Numbered from the stretch's first letter, positions 1 through 12,345 are shown. The stretch is DNA of 64,000 nucleotides from Candidatus Kaiserbacteria bacterium (GCA_026713605.1 JAPOOC010000008.1:16889-80888); one strand, 5' to 3'. Notes: a model not told the origin generated them from the letters alone. Made by a program: numbers and translations.

Positions 1-1218
1 GAGGAGCATACTGATCCGGCGTTTGCGCATTTGCACCCGCACCCGGCTACTGACTCAGGACGGTTTATTGAGATTTGTAATTCAGTGTTTATGGAATATG
101 TGCGGACTGAGGAAGGATTTGGGCTGTTGCCGAAAAAGAATGTGGATTTTGGTGGCGGGTTGGAGCGGATGGTTGCTGCGACAGAGCATACGCCTGATAT
201 TTTTACGATTGATGTGTTTGATGGGGTGGTGCAGGCGTTGGCGCGGGCGAGTCGTGTGTCGTATAGTGATCAACCTGCGCCGTTTCGGGTGATTGCTGAT
301 CACTTGCGGAGTGCTGTGTTTGCCATCGCCGATGGTGTGTTGCCGTCCAATACGGATCGTGGGTATGTGTTGCGGCGATTGTTACGGGAAGCGTTGTATA
401 ATCTGCGGTATGTGTTGCAAGTTGAAGGGGAGTCATTGACATCGTTATCGGCGCATTTTATTTCAGCGTATCGTGAGGCATATCCCGAGGTTGTTGCGGC
501 ATCGGTTGAGCAGGTTATTGGTGAAGAAGAAGAGCAGTTTACGAAGACCTTGCGAAATGGGATGCGCGAGTTGGAGCGATTGTTCAAAAAGGGTTCGCTG
601 GACGGGCAGACAGTGTTTGTGCTACAAAGCTCATATGGTTTTCCGAAGGAGTTGACCTTGTCATTGGCGGAGGAGAAAGGTATCCCTGTTTCGTTGGATG
701 GGTATGATGAGGCGATGGAGAAGCACCGCACTCTTTCTCGGCAGGCGAGTGAGGGGAAGTTTAAAGGCGGGCTATCAGATACGAGTGCCATGAGTGTGAA
801 ATATCATACGGCAACACACCTCTTGCATCAGGCGTTGCGGGATGTGTTGGGGGATGGGGTAGAGCAGAAAGGTTCTAATGTTACGCCGGAGCGATTGCGA
901 TTTGATTTTTCATATACCGAGAAGATGACCGATGAGCAAAAGCAGCAGGTTGAGGCAGTTGTGAATGAGAAGATACAGGCGGCACTCCCGGTGTCGTACC
1001 AAGACATGCCGGTTGAGGAAGCGCGGAAGGTGGGTGCGATCGGCGTGTTTTCATATGACGATATTGTGCGAGTGTATTCTGTTGGGGATTATAGTAAAGA
1101 GTTCTGTGGTGGTCCACATGTTGAGAATACCGAGGTGTTGGGGAAGTTTCAGATTCAAAAGGAAGAGGCGGTGGGGAGTGGGGTACGGCGTATTAAGGCA
1201 GTTCTTGCTTCTTGTTAG
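1..1218 (+). CDS. alaS: Alanyl-tRNA synthetase (5'-partial; short form ending after the editing domain)
   Basis: VDFGGGLER, IADHLRS, HTATHLLH, RLRFDF, EFCGGPHV, GVRRIKA motifs; no C-Ala domain. Confidence 0.97.
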   Translation, partial: EEHTDPAFAHLHPHPATDSGRFIEICNSVFMEYVRTEEGFGLLPKKNVDFGGGLERMVAATEHTPDIFTIDVFDGVVQALARASRVSYSDQPAPFRVIADHLRSAVFAIADGVLPSNTDRGYVLRRLLREALYNLRYVLQVEGESLTSLSAHFISAYREAYPEVVAASVEQVIGEEEEQFTKTLRNGMRELERLFKKGSLDGQTVFVLQSSYGFPKELTLSLAEEKGIPVSLDGYDEAMEKHRTLSRQASEGKFKGGLSDTSAMSVKYHTATHLLHQALRDVLGDGVEQKGSNVTPERLRFDFSYTEKMTDEQKQQVEAVVNEKIQAALPVSYQDMPVEEARKVGAIGVFSYDDIVRVYSVGDYSKEFCGGPHVENTEVLGKFQIQKEEAVGSGVRRIKAVLASC

Positions 1219-1304
1219 TTGCGGGTGGGGTGCGTTTTGCCTCCTTGATGGAAATGGTTCGTGTTGGTTTACTACTGCTACACTGGTAGTAGTATTTTTT
1301 ATAT

Positions 1305-2300
1305 ATGAAACGGGTTGCTATAAATGGGTTTGGGCGAATTGGTCGAGCGTTCTTTCGCCTGGCGTTTGCGTGTAAGGATGTTGCAGTGGTGGCAGTGAAT
1401 GATTTGATGGCTCTTGAGACCGGGGCGTACTTGTTGCAGTATGATACTGTGCGCGGGAGGTTTGTTCCAGAAGTTGTTGCTGGTGAAGATGTGTTGCGGG
1501 TTGGCAGGAAGGAGGTGTCTTGGCTGTCGGTGAAGAATCCGACTGAGCTGCCGTGGCGTTCTCTGGAGGTTGATGTGGTGATAGAGGCGACCGGGGTATT
1601 TACCTCGTATGAGAAGGCGTACATGCATATTATTGCTGGTGCGAAGCATGCGCTTATTACTGCGCCGGTCAAGGGTGATCCGCCAGAGAATGTACAGGCA
1701 GGGACGGTGCTGTTTGGTGTCAATGAGGGTGTTGCTCGGGAGTATGTAGTTTCGTCAAATGCGTCGTGTACAACGAATGCGGTTGGGATACCGTTGGCAC
1801 TACTTGATGAGGCGGTTGGTGTTGAAAGTGCGTTGTTGAACACGGTACATAGTTATACTGCTACCCAGCAGACGGTTGATGGTCCGTCAAGGAAGGATGA
1901 CCTCCGCTTTGGTCGGGCAGCAGGAATGAATATTATCCCTTCTTCTACTGGTGCCGCGGTAGCAACGACGAAGGTTTTGTCGTCACTGCGAGGGAAGTTT
2001 GACGGCATCGCATTACGGGTACCGACTATTACCGGCTCATTGGCTGATCTCACTTTTATTGCGAAGCAGAAAACAACCGTACAAGAGGTGAATGAAGTGT
2101 TGGAGCGAGGGAGGAGTACCTTATTTACCACCACTACTGATCCGGTTGTTTCGTCTGATATTATCGGGGAGCCATTTGTATCTGTTGCTGATCTGTCTAT
2201 GACACGAGTGGTTAATGGTAATTTGGTGAAAGTGCTGTTGTGGTACGACAATGAGACGGGCTACGCACAATCACTCCTTGAGCGTGTAATGGCTATATAA
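1305..2300 (+). CDS. gap: Glyceraldehyde-3-phosphate dehydrogenase
   Basis: INGFGRIGR, SNASCTTN, WYDNE. Confidence 0.97.
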   Translation: MKRVAINGFGRIGRAFFRLAFACKDVAVVAVNDLMALETGAYLLQYDTVRGRFVPEVVAGEDVLRVGRKEVSWLSVKNPTELPWRSLEVDVVIEATGVFTSYEKAYMHIIAGAKHALITAPVKGDPPENVQAGTVLFGVNEGVAREYVVSSNASCTTNAVGIPLALLDEAVGVESALLNTVHSYTATQQTVDGPSRKDDLRFGRAAGMNIIPSSTGAAVATTKVLSSLRGKFDGIALRVPTITGSLADLTFIAKQKTTVQEVNEVLERGRSTLFTTTTDPVVSSDIIGEPFVSVADLSMTRVVNGNLVKVLLWYDNETGYAQSLLERVMAI

Positions 2301-2307
2301 TGTCAGT

Positions 2308-2751
2308 ATGACTATTATCTTAGCTACGGATCATGCAGGGTTTGCAATGAAGGAGCACCTTAAGCGGTTCCTTGAGAAAGGTGGTCACACTTTTGAGGAT
2401 GTTGGAGCTCATGCGCTTGACCCTGATGATGACTATCCGATGTATATGCAGGCGGCAGCTGAAATGTTATTGAAAACGCCTAATTCGGTTGGTATTGTGT
2501 TTGGTGGCTCCGGGCAAGGTGAGGCGATGGTGTTGAATCGTTACCAGGGTATTCGAGCGATTGTGTATGCTGCGTCTAACCCTGACCTTGTGAAAACTGG
2601 TCGTGAACACAATGATGCGAATGTACTTTCCGTTGGCGCGCGGTTTCTCAGTCCGATGCAGGTTGAGGTGGCGGTTGAGGTTTTCCTTTCAACGATATTT
2701 TCTGCGGAGGAGCGGCATCAGCGTCGGATTGAGCAGATTGATGCCTCATAA
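2308..2751 (+). CDS. rpiB: Ribose-5-phosphate isomerase B
   Basis: DHAG, DYP, GSGQG, REHNDANVL. Confidence 0.95.
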   Translation: MTIILATDHAGFAMKEHLKRFLEKGGHTFEDVGAHALDPDDDYPMYMQAAAEMLLKTPNSVGIVFGGSGQGEAMVLNRYQGIRAIVYAASNPDLVKTGREHNDANVLSVGARFLSPMQVEVAVEVFLSTIFSAEERHQRRIEQIDAS

Positions 2752-2771
2752 TCAGTGTATTATGTGGGTGT

Positions 2772-3473
2772 ATGAAGGTATCTATTACCCCTGCTATCCT
2801 TGAGAAGTCGTTTGATGCCATTCAGGAGGCAGTTGGTCGTGTGCGAGGTGTTGCGAAGTTGGTGCAGGTGGATATTGTTGATGGTGTGTATGCGCCCAGT
2901 GCATCGTGGCCTTTTTTGTCGGGTGATGGCAAAGATGCTGCGGGGTCTATTGTGCATCCTTCGGAAAAGGAATTGGCTGATAAAGCAGAGTGCCTATATG
3001 GCTTGCGAGTGCCGTTTGAGCTTGATTTGATGATTCAGAGTCCTGAGGACTCGCTCGGTGTGTGGTTGCTGACGGATGCAACCCGTTTTATTATTCATCG
3101 TGCTTCCACGCAGTATGTTTCGTACTGCGTGAATCGGGTGAAGGACGATGGGCGGGAAGTGTATCTTGGATTAACGGCACATGACACACTTGAAGGTGTT
3201 GCTTCAGTGCTTGAGGTGGTTGATGGTGTGCAGTGTATGGGTATTGCAGAACTTGGTAAACAGGGTGAGCCGTATGATGAGCGGATAGAGACCTTGATCG
3301 CTGCTATCCATAACGCGTATCCTGCGTTGCCGATACAGGCGGATGGCGGCGTGTCTGTGCAGACGGCACCGCGGTTGCTGGCTGCCGGGGTAACGCAGTT
3401 TGCTGTTGGCTCTGCGCTCTTTCAGGGAGATGTTGCAGAAAATCTTACAACTTTGCAGCAAGCTGTTTCCTAA
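2772..3473 (+). CDS. rpe: Ribulose-phosphate 3-epimerase
   Basis: QVDIVDG, ELDLMI, GKQG, ADGGV, VGSALF; follows rpiB. Confidence 0.9.
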   Translation: MKVSITPAILEKSFDAIQEAVGRVRGVAKLVQVDIVDGVYAPSASWPFLSGDGKDAAGSIVHPSEKELADKAECLYGLRVPFELDLMIQSPEDSLGVWLLTDATRFIIHRASTQYVSYCVNRVKDDGREVYLGLTAHDTLEGVASVLEVVDGVQCMGIAELGKQGEPYDERIETLIAAIHNAYPALPIQADGGVSVQTAPRLLAAGVTQFAVGSALFQGDVAENLTTLQQAVS

Positions 3474-3536
3474 AACAGTTATCGTCTGGTATTCTGTTAA
3501 GTGGATATCTATTATTAGGGTAGGAGGAGGTATGTA

Positions 3537-3722
3537 ATGCAAGGTTTAGGGTGCTTACTTTCGTTGGCAGTGTCAGTTGTTTTAACTGTCGTTTTGAATC
3601 TGATTTTGTATATTTTTGATGTGGATGTTTCATTTTTTGTCATTTTTGTCGGTGGCGGTTTTTTACTCCTTGTCGTCGCACTGCTTGTGTTCCTTGCCAT
3701 GTCTGACAATGATTTTTTTTAA
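3537..3722 (+). CDS. Small two-TM membrane protein
   Basis: Hydrophobic 61 aa; AGGAGG upstream. Confidence 0.55.
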   Translation: MQGLGCLLSLAVSVVLTVVLNLILYIFDVDVSFFVIFVGGGFLLLVVALLVFLAMSDNDFF

Positions 3723-3808
3723 TACTAGGGCTCATAGCGAGCCCTATTATTTTTATACGGATTGTTTTTTTATTTCTGTTGTGCTACCTCGGTGGTATAC
3801 TAAAGTAT

Positions 3809-4591
3809 ATGAAAAGATTTGCTGTTGCTTTGACCTATTCTCGGCTGTTTCATGTGGTGTCAGTGGTGTTCGATGTGGTTGGTATTACCTATTTTGTTTG
3901 GTCGTTCTTCTTTCTCGCCGAACCGCTTGTGTCTTTTGAGATATTACTCGGGATCTTTTTTGCTATTGAATATGTGCTATTACTCTTTGCGAGTGAGAAG
4001 TGGTGGCGCTATATCAGGCACCCGCTTGCGATATCAAATGCATTGATCATTATTGGATATTTGGCAGCGCCGTTTTGGAATTTCGGTTTTTTGCGGGTTT
4101 TGCGGGTATTTCGGGTTATTCAGCTGTATCAAATCATTCCAGATATCCGAATGTTTACGAGCCGTATTGTTTTTTGGGAAAAATTGTTTGCCACTTTTAT
4201 CCATGTGTGTGTGTTGGTGTTTATTATCACAAAGGTGGTGTTTGTGCTACAGGCGAATGTTAATGTTGATATCGAAACAGTGTTTGATGCGTTTTACTTT
4301 ACCATTAATGCTATCACGAAGGTGGGTGATGGGGATTCTATTGCCTTGGTTGGAGTGCAGGGGAAGGTGCTGACTCTGATTATTGCTTTCTTGAGTTTGT
4401 CTATCTTTGTGCAGCTGTTGGATACTGCTCGGGAGGTGCAGCAGATTCGTTTGACGCGAAAAAAAGAGCAGGAAAAAAAGGCGAAGCGGAAAGGGGGTGC
4501 GCAGCGTAAAAAAATGGAAGAAATATACACCGAACACCTGTGTACCTACTGTGATATCAAAAATAGGGATAAGTTTGCCTCTTGTAAGTAG
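3809..4591 (+). CDS. Voltage-gated-type cation channel (Ion_trans-like) with atypical filter
   Basis: S4-like FLRVLRVFRVI; pore helix FDAFYF followed by TKVGDGD; C-terminal CxxC. Confidence 0.85.
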   Translation: MKRFAVALTYSRLFHVVSVVFDVVGITYFVWSFFFLAEPLVSFEILLGIFFAIEYVLLLFASEKWWRYIRHPLAISNALIIIGYLAAPFWNFGFLRVLRVFRVIQLYQIIPDIRMFTSRIVFWEKLFATFIHVCVLVFIITKVVFVLQANVNVDIETVFDAFYFTINAITKVGDGDSIALVGVQGKVLTLIIAFLSLSIFVQLLDTAREVQQIRLTRKKEQEKKAKRKGGAQRKKMEEIYTEHLCTYCDIKNRDKFASCK

Positions 4592-4716
4592 TGTGTGGGC
4601 AGTTGTGTTCTGCGTGTTGGGTGTGGATTACTGACTTATGGGTTGTGGGTGCGGCGCAGTGTGGGTGTGGGAAGGTGTTTCCTCCATGGGTGTGGTTGCT
4701 TTTTCTGGTCGGAATG

Positions 4717-4727
4717 TGTGGTATACT
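4717..4727 (+). promoter_or_regulatory. Extended -10 promoter, likely for the 16S rRNA
   Basis: TGTGGTATACT about 190 nt upstream of the 16S 5' end. Confidence 0.5.
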
Positions 4728-4887
4728 GTGAGAGCGCATATCTCTGTGTGTTACGATGGTGGGTTGTGCGTGTATATTTTGTGCTGAGGGCGTTGATGAT
4801 CCTTACAATTATTTTCTATCTATAGTTTTATACAAAACTATGCAACACAACAAATTAACATTTGCAAGGGATAGTTGTACTTAACTG

Positions 4888-6518
<1,631 letters not shown>

Positions 6519-6590
6519 TTGTTGAGTGGTAGTTTTGGTGTTATGTGTGGTATATTGATACTAATTAGTAATGTAAATGTAGTACTGTTT

Positions 6591-7286
6591 ATGAAGATAT
6601 TTAATAAAATGGAAGGTGCCAAAAAATCTGGCGAGGAAAATGTTGCTGAGTTTAAGAAAGATATTGCAATAACTCGTGAACATCATAGTGTTGAAGATTA
6701 TGTGGAACAATTACAGGACAAAGGGTATGAGGTTGTTTCTGCTGTGGTGTCTTGCTTAAAGGAGATGGGTATTGAAGAGGGAGATGATAATGCGAGTGTT
6801 GTCAGGGTTACCTTGGAAGATCTCGGACTGTCCGAAAGTGATGGTGTTGCTATTGAAGAGATTCTTGCTGTCGCTGAAGAACAAGGGCTCGGGCTTTGTC
6901 CCGCATGGGTTGCTCTTCAGTATTGTTTAAATTCTCTTGAGCACTATGTTGATGAAAATGATGTTCATAGATACGCTGCAAATTTTGGCATGAAACTGCC
7001 GAAAAATATACTGGAAGATTGGAGAAAAGAATCCGCGATGAGAGATGCAAAGCAGGATATAAAAATGAAAATAAAGAAAGGTAAAATTGACGGGAAAGAT
7101 GAAGAGGAAGTCACACGACTCATTGAAGAGCAGGCAATGAAATATTTTAACAGTAGTGTCGGTGAGGATGTAGTTATTTCAACCGGAAAGTTTTCTAATT
7201 TTCCCACGAAAGAAGGTGCAAGAAATGCCCAAGTAGTAACTTTGGGAGAACAAGGGCGGGGTGTGTGGGTGTTTGTGCAAAAATAA
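6591..7286 (+). CDS. Hypothetical protein
   Basis: Long acidic ORF; GLGLCPAWVALQY segment. Confidence 0.75.
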   Translation: MKIFNKMEGAKKSGEENVAEFKKDIAITREHHSVEDYVEQLQDKGYEVVSAVVSCLKEMGIEEGDDNASVVRVTLEDLGLSESDGVAIEEILAVAEEQGLGLCPAWVALQYCLNSLEHYVDENDVHRYAANFGMKLPKNILEDWRKESAMRDAKQDIKMKIKKGKIDGKDEEEVTRLIEEQAMKYFNSSVGEDVVISTGKFSNFPTKEGARNAQVVTLGEQGRGVWVFVQK

Positions 7287-7316
7287 TCTTCTTGATCTGT
7301 GGTATACTTTTTGTAT

Positions 7317-8576
7317 ATGCGGCAATCATTTTTGGCGACACGGGTGCGGAAGGAGGTGCCGGTTGATGAGGTTTCTTTGAACGCTCGACTTTTGATACGG
7401 GCGGGGTATATTCATAAGACAATGGCCGGGGTGTATAGTTTTTTACCGCTTGGGTTGCGGTCACTTAATAAGATCATTGGTATTATTCGTGAGGAGATGG
7501 AAGGTATTGGAGGGCAGGAGGTACTATTGAATGGGTTGCAGAATCCGGAGGTGTGGGAGCAGTCGGGTCGATGGCGGGGTGACGCCGATGAGGTGTGGTT
7601 TCGGACGCAGCTACGGGTTGGTGGGGAGGTGGGGCTGGGGTGGACACATGAGGAGCCGATCACTGATTTGGCTCGGCAGATAGTGCATTCGTATCGTGAT
7701 GTGCCGTTTTACCTGTATCAGTTTCAGACAAAGTTTCGTAATGAAGAGCGGGCGAAGAGTGGTATTTTGCGGACGCGGGAGTTTATTATGAAGGATTTGT
7801 ACTCTTTTTGTGCTGATGAGGAGGAACATAAGGTGTTTTACGAGCAATGTGCCGAGGCATATATGCGGGTGTTTGAACGGGTTGGTATCGGTCAGCAAAC
7901 CTATCGAACTTTTGCGAGCGGCGGGGCGTTTTCTGAATTTAGCGATGAATTTCAAACGGTGTTGCCAGCAGGAGAGGATGTTATTTATGTACATAAAGAG
8001 AAAGGGGTTGCGCTGAATAAGGAGGTGTATACGGATGCGGTGTTGGCGCGGCTGGAGTTGCAACGGGAAGAGTTGGAGGAGTACCCCGCATGTGAGGTGG
8101 GGAATATTTTTACCTTAGGCATGCGATTTTCTGATGCGTTGGGGCTTTTATATACGGATGGTAGGGGTACGCAGGTGCCGGTGTATATGGGGTCGTATGG
8201 CATTGGTCCTGCTCGATTGCTCGGCGTGATTGTTGAAATGGTTGGGTCGGATGCAGGGATGGTGTTGCCTGCGGCCGTTGCGCCGTTTGCTGTGCACCTT
8301 ATTGCGCTTGGGGAATCCGATGTGGTTCAGGGTGCGGCAGATGATCTGTATAGTGCGCTGACTGATCGAGGGGTTGAGGTGTTGTATGACGATCGTGCTA
8401 TGTCTGCTGGGGAAAAGTTTGCCGAGAGTGATATTGTGGGCATTCCGCGTCGGCTGGTGGTTTCTGAGAAGACCTGTGCGGCAGGGAAGGTGGAGTATGT
8501 TGATCGTGCCACAGGTGAGGAAGGGCGGTTGTTGGATACTGCTGTTGCCGGGATACTGCAGGAGTTATCAGCATAG
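7317..8576 (+). CDS. proS: Prolyl-tRNA synthetase (short form, no editing insertion)
   Basis: LLIRAGYI, THEE, KFRNEERAKSGILRTREFIMKDLYSF, MGSYGIG. Confidence 0.97.
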   Translation: MRQSFLATRVRKEVPVDEVSLNARLLIRAGYIHKTMAGVYSFLPLGLRSLNKIIGIIREEMEGIGGQEVLLNGLQNPEVWEQSGRWRGDADEVWFRTQLRVGGEVGLGWTHEEPITDLARQIVHSYRDVPFYLYQFQTKFRNEERAKSGILRTREFIMKDLYSFCADEEEHKVFYEQCAEAYMRVFERVGIGQQTYRTFASGGAFSEFSDEFQTVLPAGEDVIYVHKEKGVALNKEVYTDAVLARLELQREELEEYPACEVGNIFTLGMRFSDALGLLYTDGRGTQVPVYMGSYGIGPARLLGVIVEMVGSDAGMVLPAAVAPFAVHLIALGESDVVQGAADDLYSALTDRGVEVLYDDRAMSAGEKFAESDIVGIPRRLVVSEKTCAAGKVEYVDRATGEEGRLLDTAVAGILQELSA

Positions 8577-8706
8577 TGTTTTTTGCCAGTGGTAACCTTG
8601 GTGTTGCACCTTTGATTCAGTGGGATGTTGTACCATTTTCTTTTTCTTGTCGATGTGGGTGTGTAATTATTCGGTCTTTCTCTGGTGCGTGGTATAGTGT
8701 TTATAT

Positions 8707-9597
8707 ATGAAGCATTTGAAGGATAGAGAGGTTGCAATGATTGAGAAAAAAGCGAATCAAATTCGTATCTCAGTCATTGAGTCATTGATTGAGGCAGGGT
8801 CGGGGCATACTGCTGGACCACTGGGGATGGCGGATGTGTTTGCAACCTTGTTTTTTTCAGTGTTGCGATATGACCCAAAGAATCCGCAGGCGGAAGAGCG
8901 GGACCGGTTGATACTGTCTAATGGACATATTTGTCCAGTGCTGTATGCAACGATGGCGCATGCAGGATGTTTTCCCGTGAAAGAATTGCTGACGCTGCGA
9001 AAATTTGGGTCACGATTGCAGGGACACCCTCATCGAGAGTATCTTCCGGGTATTGAGACGAGTTCCGGTCCGCTTGGTTCCGGGCTTTCACAAGCGTTGG
9101 GTATGGTATTGGCTGATCGTATAGATCGTCCGCAGTCGTCAACCTATTTTTATTGCTTAATGAGTGATGGTGAGTTGAATTGTGGGCAGAATTGGGAGGC
9201 CATTATGCATGCCGGGAAAGAGCAGCCACATAATCTCATTGCTGTGCTGGATCGGAATGGGATACAGATAGATGGATTTACCCGTGATGTTATGCCGCTG
9301 GAGCCGTTGGAAGAAAAATTTGCGTCATTTAACTGGCATGTGATTAATGCTGATGGGCATAATATTCAAGAGCTTTATGATGCCTTTGGTGAGGCGCAGT
9401 CGGCATTACAGCCGACGATGATTATTGCGCATACGGTGCCCGGTAAAGGGGTGCCGCAGTTTGAGCGGGACTATCGTTGGCATGGGGCGCCGCCAGGGAA
9501 AGGTCCGGAAGATATTTTGACGAAAGATACGCAAGGGGAGTGTGCGTTGAAGCAATTGCGTAGTTTGAAGGGGGTGATTGTGTCGGATTGCGATTAG
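8707..9597 (+). CDS. Transketolase, N-terminal subunit
   Basis: SGHTAG, DRLILSNGH, LQGHP, SDGELN TPP-binding motif. Confidence 0.95.
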   Translation: MKHLKDREVAMIEKKANQIRISVIESLIEAGSGHTAGPLGMADVFATLFFSVLRYDPKNPQAEERDRLILSNGHICPVLYATMAHAGCFPVKELLTLRKFGSRLQGHPHREYLPGIETSSGPLGSGLSQALGMVLADRIDRPQSSTYFYCLMSDGELNCGQNWEAIMHAGKEQPHNLIAVLDRNGIQIDGFTRDVMPLEPLEEKFASFNWHVINADGHNIQELYDAFGEAQSALQPTMIIAHTVPGKGVPQFERDYRWHGAPPGKGPEDILTKDTQGECALKQLRSLKGVIVSDCD

Positions 9598-9618
9598 TGC
9601 AGTATTATATAAACCAGT

Positions 9619-10617
9619 ATGTTGGAAGAAGCAATACATTTTCACAAAAAGGTGTTTACGACGCGGGAAGAAAGCGCGCCGATTCGGGAGGGGTACGGGA
9701 AAGGGTTGCTGGAAGCTGCGGAGCGGGATATTCGGGTGGTGGCACTTTGTGCTGACCTGACTGATTCCACCAAGACGAGCTACTTTAAGGATCGGTTTCC
9801 CGCTCGATTTGTAGAAATGGGCATCGGCGAGCAGTCCATGGCGTCGGTTGCTTCTGGTATGGCAGCGATGGGGAAGGTGCCGTTTTTTACTTCGTATGCG
9901 ATGTTTTCTCCTGGACGAAATTGGGAGCAGATTCGTACCACTATTTGTTACAACAATGTGAACGCAAAGGTTGTTGGTTCGCATGCCGGCGTGTCAGTTG
10001 GGCCGGACGGCGGAACACACCAAGCGCTTGAGGATATCGCCATTATGCGGGTGATACCGCGGATGACGGTGCTGGTGCCGTGTGATGCAGAGGAGGCGCG
10101 GAAGGCGACGCTTGCAGCGGCAGAGTATGAGGGGCCAGTGTACATTCGCCTGCAACGGGAGGCGACACCAGTTATGACGACTGATGTGTCGCCATTTCGC
10201 ATCGGCAAGGCGCAGTGCTTTTACCGGGGGCGGAATCCGAAAGTTACAATCTTTGCCTGCGGAGCAATGGTGTACACCGCATTGGAGGCGGCGCGGGAAT
10301 TGGAAGAGGAAAAAGATATCGGGGTACTGGTGGTGAATGTGCCGACGATAAAACCACTGGATAAGGAAGTGTGTCGCTATGCTGAAGAGACCGGGCGCGT
10401 ACTCACCGTTGAGGAGCATCAGCGGATTGGTGGTCTTGGGTCAGCAGTTGCTGAGTATTTGACTGAACAGTGTCCGATGCCGGTGTACCGTGTTGGTGTT
10501 GACGATAGATTTGGGCAGTCAGGTGAGCCGGGGGAGTTGTTGGAGCATTACCAGCTTTCCAAAGGTCATATTATGCAGATGGTGCGGACAATATTAGGAG
10601 TGAAGTATGTTAGTTGA
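9619..10617 (+). CDS. Transketolase, C-terminal subunit
   Basis: EMGIGEQ, GPDGGTHQ, TVEEH, GGLGS, DRFGQSG. Confidence 0.95.
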   Translation: MLEEAIHFHKKVFTTREESAPIREGYGKGLLEAAERDIRVVALCADLTDSTKTSYFKDRFPARFVEMGIGEQSMASVASGMAAMGKVPFFTSYAMFSPGRNWEQIRTTICYNNVNAKVVGSHAGVSVGPDGGTHQALEDIAIMRVIPRMTVLVPCDAEEARKATLAAAEYEGPVYIRLQREATPVMTTDVSPFRIGKAQCFYRGRNPKVTIFACGAMVYTALEAARELEEEKDIGVLVVNVPTIKPLDKEVCRYAEETGRVLTVEEHQRIGGLGSAVAEYLTEQCPMPVYRVGVDDRFGQSGEPGELLEHYQLSKGHIMQMVRTILGVKYVS

Positions 10618-11269
10618 TATAATCACCGGATTTTTTACTGTGTCATTTGATGGGTTTATTGCACTGTTTCATGAGCACCAGATTCTTACCTCGGCATTGA
10701 TACCGTTTTTTGCTGGTGAATATAGTATTCACCTGTTTGGCATGCTGTACGGGTCAGGTGCTATTTCATTGATGCCGACGGTGATTGCCGCAGGTAGTAT
10801 TCTGCTTTTTGACTTTGTTATCTACGGTACGGTACGGGTGCTACAGCGGTATACCAATATCTCAACTCGTTTGCGGAATATCTCGTTCTTTGCGAAAATT
10901 GAGACCTTTTTTAAGAAGAGTCAAGGGCGGTATGGCAAGAATCCGGTACTGCTTTTTATTGCGATTAAGTTGATGCCCATGACGAAGGTGTCCCTCATTT
11001 TTTTTACTCTTTATCGAAAGGTTTCAGTAGCGTGGTTTATCGTTTGGGATGTTATTATCAGTGTTATATGGGTGGTCATTATATTTCTACCTGGTTGGTT
11101 TGTCGGGAAGGAGTTTTTGACACAAGAAGCGGGACAGCGGGTTACTGGTATTGTCGTATACTTCCTGCTGTTGGTGGTTCTTTTGACACTTTTTGGAGAT
11201 GCTGTTGACAAGTTGGTTATGCGGGCGCTTGCAAAGATAGCACGAGTGTCCTCACGCAGAAACAACTAA
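10607..11269 (+). CDS. Membrane protein, DedA-like
   Basis: Multiple TM segments; overlaps the tkt stop. Confidence 0.7.
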   Translation: MLVDIITGFFTVSFDGFIALFHEHQILTSALIPFFAGEYSIHLFGMLYGSGAISLMPTVIAAGSILLFDFVIYGTVRVLQRYTNISTRLRNISFFAKIETFFKKSQGRYGKNPVLLFIAIKLMPMTKVSLIFFTLYRKVSVAWFIVWDVIISVIWVVIIFLPGWFVGKEFLTQEAGQRVTGIVVYFLLLVVLLTLFGDAVDKLVMRALAKIARVSSRRNN

Positions 11270-12258
11270 ACTGTTGCGACGGTATACGATTCAGGGGCTT
11301 TTTGCAGATAGTGTTCTATGTCCTTTTCGGTGAGGAGTCCTTTTTGTGCGCCGATGTGTTGGACAACAGACATGGAGTTTATCGGGGCGCGGAGAAGCGC
11401 TTCTTTGAGTGGGAGGCCTTTGGCAAGAAAGGCGGCAAGTGTTGAGGAGAATGCATCGCCTGCACCGGTGCGTTCTTTTGGTGGGGCAATGTCGGGGTAC
11501 TGTGGAACGAAGTAGGTTGTGTCGCCGTTGTAGGCGTAGGCGCCGTTTGGACCATCGGTGATAATGGCTATTGTGGGGCCTTTGCTGTGCATATCCTGTA
11601 GGAGCGTTTTGATGTTTGTTTCTTCTGTTTTGAGGATGCGTTGTGCCTCCTGCTTGTTGCAGATGAAGAGGTGGGTGTGGGCGTAGAGATCTTTGAGGTA
11701 GTCGTAGCCGAGTTGCATTTGGAATGTGCCGGGCTGGAATACGAGTTTTGTTTCAGGGTGTTGCTTAATCCATTGTACCACTTCATCGTGCAGGGTTTTT
11801 GCCGCCTCGCCAACTGAGGAGCAGTAGAGCCACTCGGTGCTGTCGGGTATGTTCGGCAGGGAATAGGTGAAGTGTTCGTGGCGGACGAGGATGGTGCGTT
11901 CTGCCTCGTAGGAAAGGACATAGTGATAGTTTGTTTTTTTGCCAGGTTCTTCGGTGATATATTGGGTATCTATGTTTTCATCCTGTAAGACGGCTATACA
12001 CTCTTTGCCATTGCGATCATCGCCGACAAACGAGATAAAAGCGGTAGGAAGTCCGAGGCGGGCTGCGGAGACAGCGGCGTTTGCGCTGTTGCCGACGGCG
12101 GGAACGACAACCACATCTTCGTATGGGATTTTATCACCCCAGCGCATTGAGATGGTGCACTGCTCTGTTGAGATGTCACAGTGTACACTTGCCTCCTGCA
12201 ATTTGATAAACGCATCGTTTGTCACATCGCCAAGTGTAATAAAAGAAGCATTCTGCAT
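11266..12258 (-). CDS. PfkB-family carbohydrate kinase
   Basis: GNSANAAVSAARLG, VGDD, RTGAGDAF. Confidence 0.93.
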   Translation of the reverse strand: MQNASFITLGDVTNDAFIKLQEASVHCDISTEQCTISMRWGDKIPYEDVVVVPAVGNSANAAVSAARLGLPTAFISFVGDDRNGKECIAVLQDENIDTQYITEEPGKKTNYHYVLSYEAERTILVRHEHFTYSLPNIPDSTEWLYCSSVGEAAKTLHDEVVQWIKQHPETKLVFQPGTFQMQLGYDYLKDLYAHTHLFICNKQEAQRILKTEETNIKTLLQDMHSKGPTIAIITDGPNGAYAYNGDTTYFVPQYPDIAPPKERTGAGDAFSSTLAAFLAKGLPLKEALLRAPINSMSVVQHIGAQKGLLTEKDIEHYLQKAPESYTVATV

Positions 12259-12345
12259 AGTAGGAGTATAGCACTGCAAGATGTTGTTATGCTTTTTATG
12301 TGGTATGCTGACGGCAATGAGTTTTTTGTTGTGTGTCCATTCGTT

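Noticed and set aside
4595-4825. GT-rich ORF or repeat upstream of the 16S
   Set aside because: Reflects the strong G+T strand bias in the rRNA promoter region; no periodic unit or coding signal
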